In this document: piece by piece, positions 14,135 through 25,757 of the stretch
Layout of the letters: each line of letters begins with the position of its first letter
Position numbering within the stretch: the first letter of the stretch is position 1
Assembly: GCF_009914755.1 (NCBI RefSeq)
Contig: NC_060926.1
Strand: one strand, 5' to 3'
Length of the DNA stretch: 64,000 bases
Source of the DNA: the human T2T-CHM13v2.0 reference genome, Homo sapiens
Notes under the pieces: generated by a model
What the model was told of the DNA's origin: nothing
Database searches by the model: none
What the model saw: only the letters and a program-made list of their open reading frames with translations
Translations under genes and position numbers: made by a program

Positions 14135-15870
14135 GCTTTTTGTATTTTAACCATTCTGCTGAAGGTGTTGGACTATGTCATTGAGGTTTAATTTTTGTTG
14201 CAGTGATGACTAATGATGTTGAGTACTTTAACTATTTCTTCATATTCTTTTGTAAAGCATATTTGAAGTCATTTTTCTGTTTGTTTCTATTGCTAGTCTA
14301 TTTATTATTGAATTTCATGAGTTGTTTATATATTCCATTTATGAGTTCTTAGGTGTGTATTTACACATATATTTTCACAAACTTTGGCTAATGTATTCAT
14401 TTACTAGGTAATCACTTTGGATGAGTAAAGGGCTTTAATGACAATAAAGTCTAATTTATTATTTTTATTAGTAATCTGAGCCCCTTCTAAACATTTTTGC
14501 TTCACGTTAGGATCCCAATCTTTTGTAGGATTTTCTTCCATAAATTTGTTTGAATTTTGAGTTTTGTGTCTGCAGTATTATTTTAAGGTAAATGTTTATG
14601 TAGAGAGTAAGTTGTTTTCGAATCATTTCTAATATGACATTCCTTTACCCACTGCATGGCTTTGGCATTCTTCATTCATTCAATATGGGTGAGACTCTTG
14701 ATTCTCTTTCCACAGAACTCTTTATGTGTCGTTTAGCCAATACTATGCTCTCTCAGTTACTGTAGCTCTACAATCTGGTAATATGTCTTCAACATGTGTT
14801 CTTTCTTTTCAATATATTTTGGATAACCTATATTATTTGCAGTTTTGTACAAATTTTATAATATACTTGTATATTATTATAAAAATACCTTAAAGTATTT
14901 TTATTATAATAACATTGAATTTATAAAGCAACTTGGGGAAGATCGACATCTTAATATTGGGTCATCTCTGTTATTATTTTTCAGCAATGATTTCTAGTTT
15001 GTAATGCAAATTTTTTGCTACTCTTATTTTTATGTATTTTATGTATAGGTAAACTATGGAAAATAATATTGCCCAGTACATTTGTCTCAGTTCTTTGCCT
15101 GATTCTCAGCCACCTACAAACTCCATACTCTTGAGCCTCAATTGGTGCAACTCTTTCAGGTCTTCTGACTACCGTAATAAAGTTGGCTGCTTCATTGTAT
15201 TCAGAATAAGACCCAGTGTATACCTGTAGAGTTTCTCTAAGTTTTTTCACCGTGACTTTAGACTTCAGTGGGCTCTGTATGTCTGTACTTAAAAGAGGCA
15301 GTGTTTTCTCAGTCCTTCATCCTAGCTGCAGATGGCAAAACAGTCAAAATCAGTATAAGATTTAAGTATTTGAGTTCTCTTCAGTTCTTTCCTGCTTTCA
15401 GCTGGCTTGCTGTGCCTATGCAGAAGAAATCTCTCTCAGCTTCTCTACTCTGCCCACAATCTGTCTCATGAGCACACAGTGTAGGTCCAAGAAAAAGAGC
15501 TGGCAGGGAATACTGACTCCTTTTGTTTGGGGCTCCTGGGAATTCTAAGCCACTGTGCCAACACCTAAGTTAGACTTAAAAGGGTATTTACAATGTATTG
15601 GATTTCTTTTTACCTACCTATCTCTGGCTGGTTCTTCATCTTCCTATCTTCTGCTGAGGAGGAAATCAGCCATAGATCTCATATCATCTCCTGAGAAAAA
15701 TTTGTCATTTTATGGATTTTATTTCATTATCTTTTCTTGCCACCTCAGCTCTCTGATGGACATTAAAACACAAACAGACCGAAAAAAAAAAAAAAAGACT
15801 ATAATTTGTCAGTTTCCTTTCCTTCTCTTTTTAGGATATAATTTATGTTTTCTTACAACTTTCTCCACCC
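14135..15870 (-). mobile_element. Highly decayed old L1M fragments
   Basis: Antisense ORF2-like motifs (actaatgatgttgagtac, cagttactgtagctcta, gacatcttaatattg) and a 5'-end-like block at 15300-15870. Confidence 0.55.
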
Positions 15871-16119
15871 TAAGCACAAGCTAAAACTCTATTTTATTTT
15901 TATTTTTAGCTGTGTCCACATCTACTCAACCTAGAATTCAGTTTCAGAGGTTGTCATGATAACCTCCTTCTTTAATCTAACTTTTTCTTGATTTGTTTAT
16001 GACATTTTCTGGCATTTAATGCATGCAAAACTCAGTTAAATTTTTAAAAAGTAGTTATTTACACATGAATACCAATGAAACCTACAGTTTACAGAGTATA
16101 ATAGACTGAGTTTCTCAGG

Positions 16120-16320
16120 AGAAAAATGGAAAGAACACTGGACACAGAGGCAGAGAGAAGTGGATTTAAATCTGTTCTTGACATTTATCATCTCTGTGAC
16201 CTTGAGCACATCTCTTAACTTTGCTATTTCTCAAAATTTCACCTACAAAGTAGAAAGTAAAACACTTAGCCAAGGAATTGATGAAATTAATTAAGGTAAC
16301 GTACTTAAGTAAGGAAGAGT
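16120..16320 (+). mobile_element. MIR SINE
   Basis: MIR core-like ggaaagaacactggac..tctgtgaccttgagcacatctcttaac. Confidence 0.7.
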
Positions 16321-16539
16321 GTATGGCATACAGGTGACTAATATCTTTCCTTGAATTTGAATACAAACGCAAATATGCATCACAGAGGAAATTATAATTC
16401 ATATAAAACTGAAAAATGGCATATCTTAGTCATGCCCGTGGACTGCATTGTGGCTATTTTTAGTGTATTTAGTAAACGGGTTTTACATAGCAATTATCTA
16501 CGAAACTTGACTGCAGAAAACTTTCATTACAAAAAAGAA

Positions 16540-17372
16540 AATCTTTTTCTTATTTTGTTTGTCACTTTAATTAAAGTTTGTCTTGTATCTTCTTGTTCTT
16601 TTCAGGAGATACTGAGATTTTGAATTCTGTTTTATTATCTTATCTATAAAATGCTACTTTTATGGTACTAAATTCCTATTTGTTTTATATGTTACTTTTT
16701 TTGCTTTCTTGTTTTAGAGGTGACTGTTTCATTTGAAATGTTTCCTTTTCTAATTTTTCTATGCAGTAATTTTACTTATATATTCCCTGCCATTACTTAG
16801 TTTTAAATGTTTTTTTGTTTTTCTTTTTTAGACTGCAGTGGCAGCTGTTTCAACATAAGAAAGGGCTAAAGATTTGACCAGATTTTGTGTTAAAGTGTCT
16901 TCTCTTAGAATGCTTCTTCTTTAACTTATTGTTGTCTTAGTGGTAGAGAGGATTCATTCTGTAGTAATACTCTCCTGTTTATATAGAAAACTTAATTTTG
17001 ATCAGTCACTTCTTTCTTTCTCATCACCACCAAGGCTCCTAGGGAAGCCTGTTCCTTCCAAACTACCTCCTCCTCCTGCGGAAGTTAAACCCCTTCCTTT
17101 CCATTTTCCTGTGGCCCGTCCAATCACCCTGGCCTCAGGCTTTCCTCCTCCTCCGAAATCTTCATGAAACCTTACTTCTGCGTTGCCCATGCACCTGTCT
17201 CTGTTGGTTTGAGATGTTCGTTTCATTACACATATGTCATTCAGAGCTGTAATATTATTTCTATCTTACTAATGCTGGGCAACAGTTATGAGTGTGGTTT
17301 TATTTGTGCTGTTTGTTGATCTGGATGGTTTCTGGATGATATGTAGGGGTATGCAGGTTTAAGAAGCTACTA
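16540..17372 (-). mobile_element. Possible HAL1 or very old L1 5' fragment
   Basis: The end gttgatctggatggtttctgg..caggtttaagaagc resembles HAL1/L1ME 5' ends; very diverged. Confidence 0.35.
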
Positions 17373-17811
17373 GTATTTGAAAAATAATGGCACATCATAA
17401 GAGGTATAAATTTATGTGAAAGAAAATTGTCTTCAAAGGTATAGCTAATTTGATACTTATTCATCAAAAGGTAAGAAAAACAATGTCTGTAGTTTTATTT
17501 TAGTATAAGTCACATATAATAAACTAAAACTATATATATTTGAGGCCACCTCTCTTTGTAGGATATGGTGATAGTGGAGAGTAGTACATATTGGAACAGC
17601 TTCCTTCCTTTGTCACTGTGCAAAGTGAAAATGTTGTGCTTTGTTACCATGGAACCTTGACATGCAAGGATTCAGTCCTGATACGCAGAAGTTTTCCTAC
17701 CACGCCAAGCAGGGACTGCCTGCACTGATGAGAACTTCTGCACAATCAATCAAAATAATGAACATATTTGAGCATCCCTCAAAGTTTTCTCATATGCCTG
17801 TGTCAATCCTC

Positions 17812-18098
17812 TTTTTTTTTTTTTTTTTGAGACAGAGTTTCGCTCTGTCTCCCAGGCTGGAGTGCAATGGTGCAACCTCTGCATCCTGAATTCAAGCAAT
17901 TCTCCAGCCTCAGCCTCCCGAGTAGCTGGGATTACAGGTATGCACCACCATACCCGGCTAATTTTTTTTGTATTTTCAGTAGAGACGGGGTTTCACCTTG
18001 TTAGCCAGGCTGGTCTCGAACTTCTGATGACCTCATGATCCGCCCGCCTCAGCCTCCCAATGTACTGGGATTACAGGCGTGAGCCAATGTGCCTGGCC
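17812..18098 (-). mobile_element. AluS
   Basis: Poly-T and antisense Alu dimer, with a small deletion in the right arm. Confidence 0.95.
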
Positions 18099-18109
18099 CA
18101 TCCTTCCTC

Positions 18110-19950
18110 AGGCAGTCCCCGATCTGCTTCACTTCATGTAGTTTAGTTTTCATTTTCTAGAAGGTTATGTAAATGGTGTTTACAGTGCATATACTTTTGG
18201 ATCTGGCTTCACATAGCATAGCTATTTTGAGATTCATCCAACTTGCTGCATGTATCAATAATTCAATTAGGTAAAACAAGTATAAACCCTCCAAATTTTT
18301 TATTTTTCAAGGTAGTTTTTCCCAGACTATGCCTTTTGAAATTCCATGTAAATTTTATAATCATCTTGACAATTTCTATACAAAAGTCTGATGAAATACT
18401 AATTAAAGTTGCATTGAATCTGTAGATATTTTGGGGACAAGTAACATATTGCCACTTTTTTTGATCTATCAGCTTGGTATAGTTCTATATTCTTAGAAAT
18501 CCTAACAAACAATCTTGTTTTTATCAGTTTAGGGGCCTTTTACATCTTTTGTTCAATTTATTGCTAAATATTATGTCTTTTAATGCTATTATTACAATTT
18601 CTAATTATTTGTTGCTAGTATATACAAATACTCTATATTCCAAACTTGCTAGACACAGGTACTAGTTACAATTTTTTTTGTAGATTCCTAAGATTTCCTG
18701 CATAGACAATCATGCTACTTCTAAATACAGATTTAATCTTTGCTTTCTAATTTGTGATTAGCTTTTTCCTACTTTATTGCATAACTAAATTCTCCAATGT
18801 AATGTTTAATAGATGAGGTAAGAATAGACATCCTTTCTGCATTTCTGATCTTAGAGGAAAAGCATTCGGTTTTAATCATTAAATGTTTTATCATATATGC
18901 CCTTTATCAGGTTGAGAAATTTTGTTAGTTTGCTGAGAGTTTTACCATAAATGGAGATTCAGTTCTGTTAAATGCTTGAGACTACTGTTATGCATTTTTC
19001 TTCATTAATTTAATGGTATGATTATTTAAATATCCTTGCATTCTTGCACTTAATTATGATGCATTATCTATCTGTCATTGGATTTAATTTTCTTAAACTG
19101 TTAACAAATTTTTGTATTTATGAAACATGTTGCTGTGTACTTTTCTTATGTCTTGGGTTTAAGTGTCAGGATAATGGCCTCATATAATGAGTTTGAAAAT
19201 GTTTTCTGCAACTCTGTTTTCTGAAAAAGTTGTAAAATTGGAAATGTTTCTTCCTTCAATGTTTGGTGGAATTTACCAGGGATATCATCTGAAACTGGAG
19301 TTTTCTTTGTATGAATGTTTTACCTGAAATTCCAATTTCTTCCATCACATGTCACTGTTTACTTTGATATACAGCTATTTAGGTTATATATTACCTTTTA
19401 AGTGAGTTGGTATTTTCTGTCATTTAAGATATTTGTCATTTCATCTAAAATTTGGAATTTATTGACAGACATCTTTAAACTGTTAACGCTAATAAGAACT
19501 GCAGCAATGCCATGTTCCTTTCTCCTGATATTTGTAATTTGTGGTTTTTCCTCACATTTTTTAATCAGCTTGGCTTGAGGCTTATCAACTTTACTGATCT
19601 TCCCATTCTTCTGTTTTTTTTTATTTCATTGTTTTCTGCACTTAATGTTTGTTTGTTATTTATTTTCTGTGGTTTAATTGTAATTTAATAGTTTTCTAAA
19701 TAACATGAGCTCTGTTTCTTTAAAAGTGTTCAAATCTATAATTTGTTTCTCAAAGCCTTGCTTTAGTTGAAGATTATAATTTCTAATTGAATCCCACTGA
19801 AGGCAGATAATAAATGTTGTATTATGTAAGTAAGTTTAAAATACTGAGACATGTTTTATGGCTCAGAAAGCAATCTATCATGTTACATGTTCACTGTTTT
19901 CTTGAAGAATGTATATTCTGCTGTTCTTCGGGTATGTGTGACTGAATATT
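18110..19950 (-). mobile_element. Old L1 (L1ME-like) ORF2/3' remnants
   Basis: Antisense L1 motifs (ttgagattcatcca, gcattgaatctgtagat, gatcttagaggaaaagcatt). Confidence 0.7.
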
Positions 19951-21833
19951 ACTTAGTTTCTTGTGGTTTTACAATTATTTTTAATCTGAATTTTTAAAGA
20001 TGATGAAATCTCTCCCCAACTTATTCAGCATTAGTCAGATAAGTCTTTGATTTACGTGAAAATTAGAATGAATTGTCCTTTAGTGGCTTCTCTAAGTTAG
20101 TTAGTAGTTTCTTGAGATTTCTTGGATTAACACAACTGTGTGCGAGGAAAAATATTGAATCAAGAAAAATGCTTCTCATATTTTAGCCATATATTTATGT
20201 TGTAAATCTACCCTAAACACTAGCAGAAAGTCTCAGCTCACAGTGATGGAGTATTAAGAATAAGGATTATATGATGATAAGTTTTAAAAATTATCTATAA
20301 TAAAAGTTATAACCGATAAATGTTGGTGACATTTGGCAAAATATCGAAACAGCTGGTGGTCCAGTCAAGTTGACACATAGTATTAAGCATCATACAGACC
20401 CTGAAGAAGAAGAAAATAATTATGTGCTATTCATTTAAGACACACTTTGCATTTAAAGGACCCTCATCTGATGTCATCTGATGCTGTGTCCCAAATGAAG
20501 TACATTAAGTTGGTAAAGCACGTAGTTCTAGTCAGACCCTTTCAAGTCTTTAACTCTGTGCAGTTATATGGAGAAGATTTTGTAGTAGACACACTGCCTT
20601 GATATTTAAATTATAGTTGTAAGGCTATGCATATGGTAATAGTGTAGTACATAGAAATAGGATACCATTATAAAACTTGAGTTTAGATATATATGCATTT
20701 GTATAAAATTGAATCTTAGGATTACAGTATAATGAGGTACAGACCAACAGGGGAGACATGAGTTTTATTAAAGATGCTTATCTGAGATTCTTTTGTAGGC
20801 AAATTGCCTCAAATGCCCATCACTGCCATGGAAGCCATAATTTTATACATCTGATTCACAAAGTGAGTGGTGAATATCATTTCTTGGTGCACAGATATCT
20901 GCCTCTCGTCAGGCAGTTTTCACATTTCATCTCTTCGTCCTTGACAAGTTGGAATTAGAGTCCTCAAAGTGTGATTGGTGTGAAATGCTGTTATGATAAA
21001 AGTGCTGTGATACCACAAAAAGCAAAATCATAAAATAAATAATCCATAACTGCACAAACTCGCAATACAGAAATGTTTACACACAGTAAAAAAAAAATAA
21101 TTGTCATTTACATTGCAAGAGAAAGATAGTAATTTTTTTTTTTTTTGGTCAACAGCTGCTGAATATTCTCCTAAACGTATGTTTCAATTTTTATTACAAG
21201 TCAACATGTTCATACTGACTATGAAGAGATTTCTCAAGTGTGTTGAGGACCAATCTTTCTTTCACTAAAACAGAGGCTATTTATTAATTTAGGAAACTCA
21301 AAATTGAGGTGAGTGTCTCACAACGCATAGGAGCCAGGGCTGCCTCCAACTTTTCTGATATCACCCAGAGGATGCCTTCATTTTCTTCACTTTTCTCCAG
21401 AATATCATGAATACATGGCTTGATCTCATTCTGACGCACATAACACCCACAGCCAGATGAGTGAGTATAGAGAGGCTCCTGACTGGGAAGGAAACCCAGT
21501 GGAATCAATCCACATAGCTTAAAAGAAGGCAAAGACAAGGATGTGGTTTTAAGAATCAATTCAGATGAATGAATTGCTGCCAGAAATAGAACTGAAGATT
21601 TCATTTTCAACAACTAATTACATCAAATGTAGTGTTCTGAATGGGTTTCTATTGTTTGTTTTGTTATATTTAAAAGTTATTGGAAAATTCTGATAGGTAA
21701 ACACTTTTTTTCTATCATTTTTAGTGCAAGTCGGCAGGGCTCTATGAGATAGATAATTAGTAAATATGTTGATACATATAAGAATGAATATGAATGCACA
21801 TAAAATGAAAATTCACCTATGAATGTATTAATC

Positions 21834-22181
21834 TAGTTGACTCTTACACAATACAGGTTTGAACTGTGTGGGTCCACTACCTGCATATTTTATTCTGTAT
21901 CTGCCACCCATGAAACAGCAAGACCAACACTGCCTTCTCAATGTGAATATGGCAAGGATGAAGACCTTTATGATAATCAACTTCCATTTAATGATAAATA
22001 TAGTAAAGTAAGCCAGAGAGAATATAACTATAGTATACAATATATAACATACAAAATGTGTTTATTCACTGTTTATGTTATTGGCCAGATTTCTGGTTGC
22101 TGGAGAGTCAATAGTTACATGTAGATTTTCAACTGTGCAGGGCGTGAGCCTCTAACCCTTTGATTGTTTAAGGGTCAACTG
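21834..22181. mobile_element. Tigger2a/MER28-type non-autonomous Tc1/mariner element
   Basis: Terminal inverted repeats tagttgactcttacacaa / ttgtttaagggtcaactg followed by TA; internal gatgaagacctttatgat. Confidence 0.85.
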
Positions 22182-23320
22182 TATAAGCATTTAAAAATCT
22201 AACTTCCTAGCTTTTTCAGACTTTTTAAAAATGTGATCTATAAAAGGTAAGTAAGTCTTTGTTTTTGATGACAGGTGATATCTTATGTTCACAAAATTTA
22301 ATCTATGAAGTAGATGATGTAAAAAAAACTCAAAAATAAGACAAAAAATCTAGTGAAATAATGAATGTTAAGATCTACTTCACCTGCTTGGTGAATATAT
22401 TAATAGGTATAATTTTTTCAGATGCTATGTATAGTTTTGATGCATCCCTTCCTCCTCAGAGGGAATCACTGATTATTTGTGTTGTGTACCACATGCATAT
22501 TTTCCATGACATGTGCATACTTATGCATTTTTTTATTATACATATAAAATTAAAATATTTATTTAATAAGAGATAACAATGCACTGTGCTGCTGATTTTG
22601 TGTTTTACATTATATTTTGAAATTTATCCATGTTAACAGATGTAGTCTGGTTGATTCACCTTATATCAGTGAATCAGTGTTATATAAACTGTTTCCAGTT
22701 TTTTGGACAGCACAACAATAACTAACTATTCTTGTAATTGTGCACAGCCTAGTTACTAGAATATGCCTAAGTGAAATTTCTGATATGTTGCCAAATTATT
22801 CTCCCCATTAGATTTTCCAATTTATATATTCATCAACAGCTTGATATTCTTGCTAAGAACATGACTATATTGTACAATATTTGTAGATATTCTTGCCAAT
22901 TTTCTGTATTGATGATTTTTGTATTTTAAATACCCAAATATGCCATATTTTAGTTGCAACCAAATATCGAATATGCTGAAAAAGGCAGGTGAGTAACCTC
23001 AAACCTCAACCTAAGTAACAAAGCCTTTTCCATGTACTTTCTTGTGGCTGATTTTGCTAACCCTGCTCAAATCAAATTAAGACCCATCCCACCAGTAATA
23101 TGTGTTTTTAGTATTTTTCTAATGGTTTGCAGTTTTGTTAGGTTCCCTGAATACTAATCCTCTCTCAGCTACGTGTATTGAAAAGATCTTGAGTATAGTA
23201 TTTTATTATATGAAAATAATGTTACAATATAGATAATATCCTCAATATAATCTTTAACTTTGTATTGGAGACTTTCTATTCCCTATCTATCTCTTATGTT
23301 CATATAAAAGGCTTTAAATC

Positions 23321-23538
23321 GGCTGGGCATGGTGGCAGGAGTTCAAGACGGGCCTGGGCAACATGGTGAGAGCCCCATCTCTACAAAAAAAAATACAAGA
23401 ATTAGCCAGTTGCGGTGGTGCATGCTTGTACTCCCAACTATTGGGAAGGCTGAGGCAGGAGGATTGCCTGAGCCCTGATCATGTTACTGCACTCCATCCT
23501 GGGCAACAGAACAAGACTCTGTCTCAGAAAAAAAAAAA
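23321..23538 (+). mobile_element. AluJ-like with internal deletions
   Basis: Alu start, A-rich linker and A tail; much of the left arm is missing. Confidence 0.9.
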
Positions 23539-23573
23539 GTCTTTATGCTTTTAAAATTTATGTCACTGGCTGG

Positions 23574-23860
23574 GGCTGGGCGCAATGGCTCATGCCTGTA
23601 ATCCCAGCACTTTGGGAGACCCAGGTGGGCAGATCGCCTGAGGTCACGACTTTGAGACCAGCCTGGCTAACATGGTAAAACCCCCTCTCTATTAAAAATA
23701 CAAAAATTAGCCAGGCATGGTGGCACGTGCCTGTAATCCCAGCTACTCGGGAGGCTGAGGGGGGAGAATCGCTTGAACCCAGGAGGCAGAGGTGCAGTGA
23801 GACGAGATTGTGCCACCGCACTCCAGACTGGGTGACAGAATGAAATGCCGTATCAAAAAA
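23574..23860 (+). mobile_element. AluSx-like, full length
   Basis: Canonical Alu dimer with short A tail. Confidence 0.95.
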
Positions 23861-24011
23861 TAATGTTATTAATCTAATTTAGAATTGATTTACATTCACG
23901 GTGTTTTGGGAGGCATCTAACCACCTACGTATCTCTTTCAGTATAGCTAATGTATTGTTCTCTCAATCGTTTAATTGAGGAGGGCCACCCACCTTGCTTT
24001 GCCTTAGAAGT

Positions 24012-24292
24012 TGTGCTAGTCAGGTGGATATGCCATACCAAAATACCGTGGACTGGGTGGCTTAAATGACAGAAACGTCTTTTCTCACAGTTCTGGAGGT
24101 GGGAAGTCCAGATCAAGGTGCTGTTAGGCTTGACTTCTGGCAAGGCCTCTCTTCCTTGCACGTGGCTACCTTGTTGCTGGGCCTTAACATGGCCTTTCTC
24201 AGAACACACACACACAGAGTGAGAGTTTTGATGCCTCTTCCTTCTTTGAAGGACATTAGGGCTCCACTCTTATGACCTTATTGAACCTTATA
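24012..24292 (-). mobile_element. MLT1A-like MaLR solo LTR fragment
   Basis: gactgggtggcttaaa..tttctcacagttctggaggtgggaagtccagatcaaggtg. Confidence 0.8.
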
Positions 24293-24487
24293 CCTGGATT
24301 TCACAGAAACTAAACATCTCATATAGAGATAATATTTATTCAGTGATTTTTTTTTTCTCCTTAAAAATGGCACACGTGCCTGGTCCAAATAAGATTTTCA
24401 CTAGAACTTTAGTCTAAGTGAGACTCGTCTTCTTCAACATCAAAAAGTTAGGGGTGTGATAGTGAAGCACTATGTACTCTACTCGCA

Positions 24488-24769
24488 TTTTTAAGATAGA
24501 TAGAGTTTCACTCTCTTGCCCAGGCTGTAGGGCAATGGCACAATCTTGGCTCACTGCAACCTCCACCTCCTGGGTTCCAGCGATTCTCCTGTCTAGTGGC
24601 TGGGATTACAGGTGCACGCCACCATGCCCAGCTAGTTCTTTGTATTTTTAGTAAAGAGGGAGTTTCGCCATGTTGGCCAGGTTGGTCTCGAACTCCTGAC
24701 CTCAGGTGATCCACTGACCTCAGCCTCCCAAAGTGCTGGGATTACAGGTGTGAGCCACTGCAACCGGCC
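24488..24769 (-). mobile_element. AluS (Sq/Sx-like)
   Basis: Antisense Alu with a short deletion near 24593. Confidence 0.95.
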
Positions 24770-25142
24770 TGAAAAAAAATATTTTTAAGATTATAAAGCT
24801 GATGACTTTTATGGTTGTTGACAAAACTTTCAGGGTTGTTGGATCTCTGATGCCAGTGCATCTGTGTAAAAGGCAATAATATGAGGAGCTTGATTTCCTG
24901 CTAATGTTTGTTGAGAATATTTTTTAAGTACTGTAGGAGCTCCATCTGTGGCAAGAAGCAGCAGCATTCATTTCCACTTAAAGTTATGATCTACTAAAAA
25001 AAGAATCAAGCAACATTCTTTAGCTGCCTTTAAAATGTTGACTCTTTCTTTGAGTAGTTTCTAAAATGGACATGTAAGAGATGTAATTTTCCCTTATGGC
25101 ATCAGCGTGCACGTAAAGAGTAATATAATATATAGATTTGAA

Positions 25143-25436
25143 GGTCAGGCATGGGGACTCACTCACAGATCTGTAATCCTAGCACTTTGGGAGGCCAAGG
25201 CAGAAGGACAGCTTGAGATGGAGTTCAAGACCAGCCTGGGAAACATGGCAAGATCCTGTCTCTACATACATTTTTTAAAAATTAGCCAGGTGTGGTGATA
25301 CACACCTGTAGTCTCAGCTACATAGGATGCTGAGGCGGGAGAATTGCTTGGCTCCAGGATGTCAAGGCTGCAGTCAGCCATGTTTGTGCCACTGCACTCT
25401 AGCCTGGGTGACAGAGTGAGACCCTGTCTCAAAAAA
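25143..25436 (+). mobile_element. AluJ-like
   Basis: AluJ-type diagnostics (gtcaaggctgcagt, gaccctgtctc). Confidence 0.92.
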
Positions 25437-25667
25437 TAATAATGATATTAACAGTAATGTTTTTTAAAGGACGTGGCTACCATGGAAGGGGAGTAGTAAA
25501 GCTGCAGTACCTTGATGAGCAATTTGAGAGTTAGCTAGATTAGAAAATACGTAAAACTTAGATAGATAGATAGAGGTATAGAACATACATGGGAATATAT
25601 CAGTGGGAACACAGAGCGTCATTTGAAAAATGATTCACTTTCCGGTCTTTTCTCCTTCCTTTTCCAG

Positions 25668-25757
25668 GCCACCAACCAGTTTGAAAATTTTTGTGGGACA
25701 CATGTCTTTATTTAAAGTCTTTCCAATGCTTTGGGACTTCTTTTCTTTGGCAATCTG
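25668..25757 (+). other. Candidate 90-nt internal exon
   Basis: About 30-nt pyrimidine tract ending ttttccag, with a consensus donor CTG|GTAAGT; sequence not recognisably repetitive; no transcript evidence. Confidence 0.45.

Noticed and set aside
17002-17226. Gly-rich minus ORF / Pro-rich plus ORF with a CCAAT box
   Set aside because: Short, low complexity, no splice or family support; probably within a HAL1/old L1 5' fragment
21284-21613. 109-aa minus-strand ORF in non-repeat DNA
   Set aside because: No recognisable motif, non-ATG start, and the nearby splice signals favour the opposite strand
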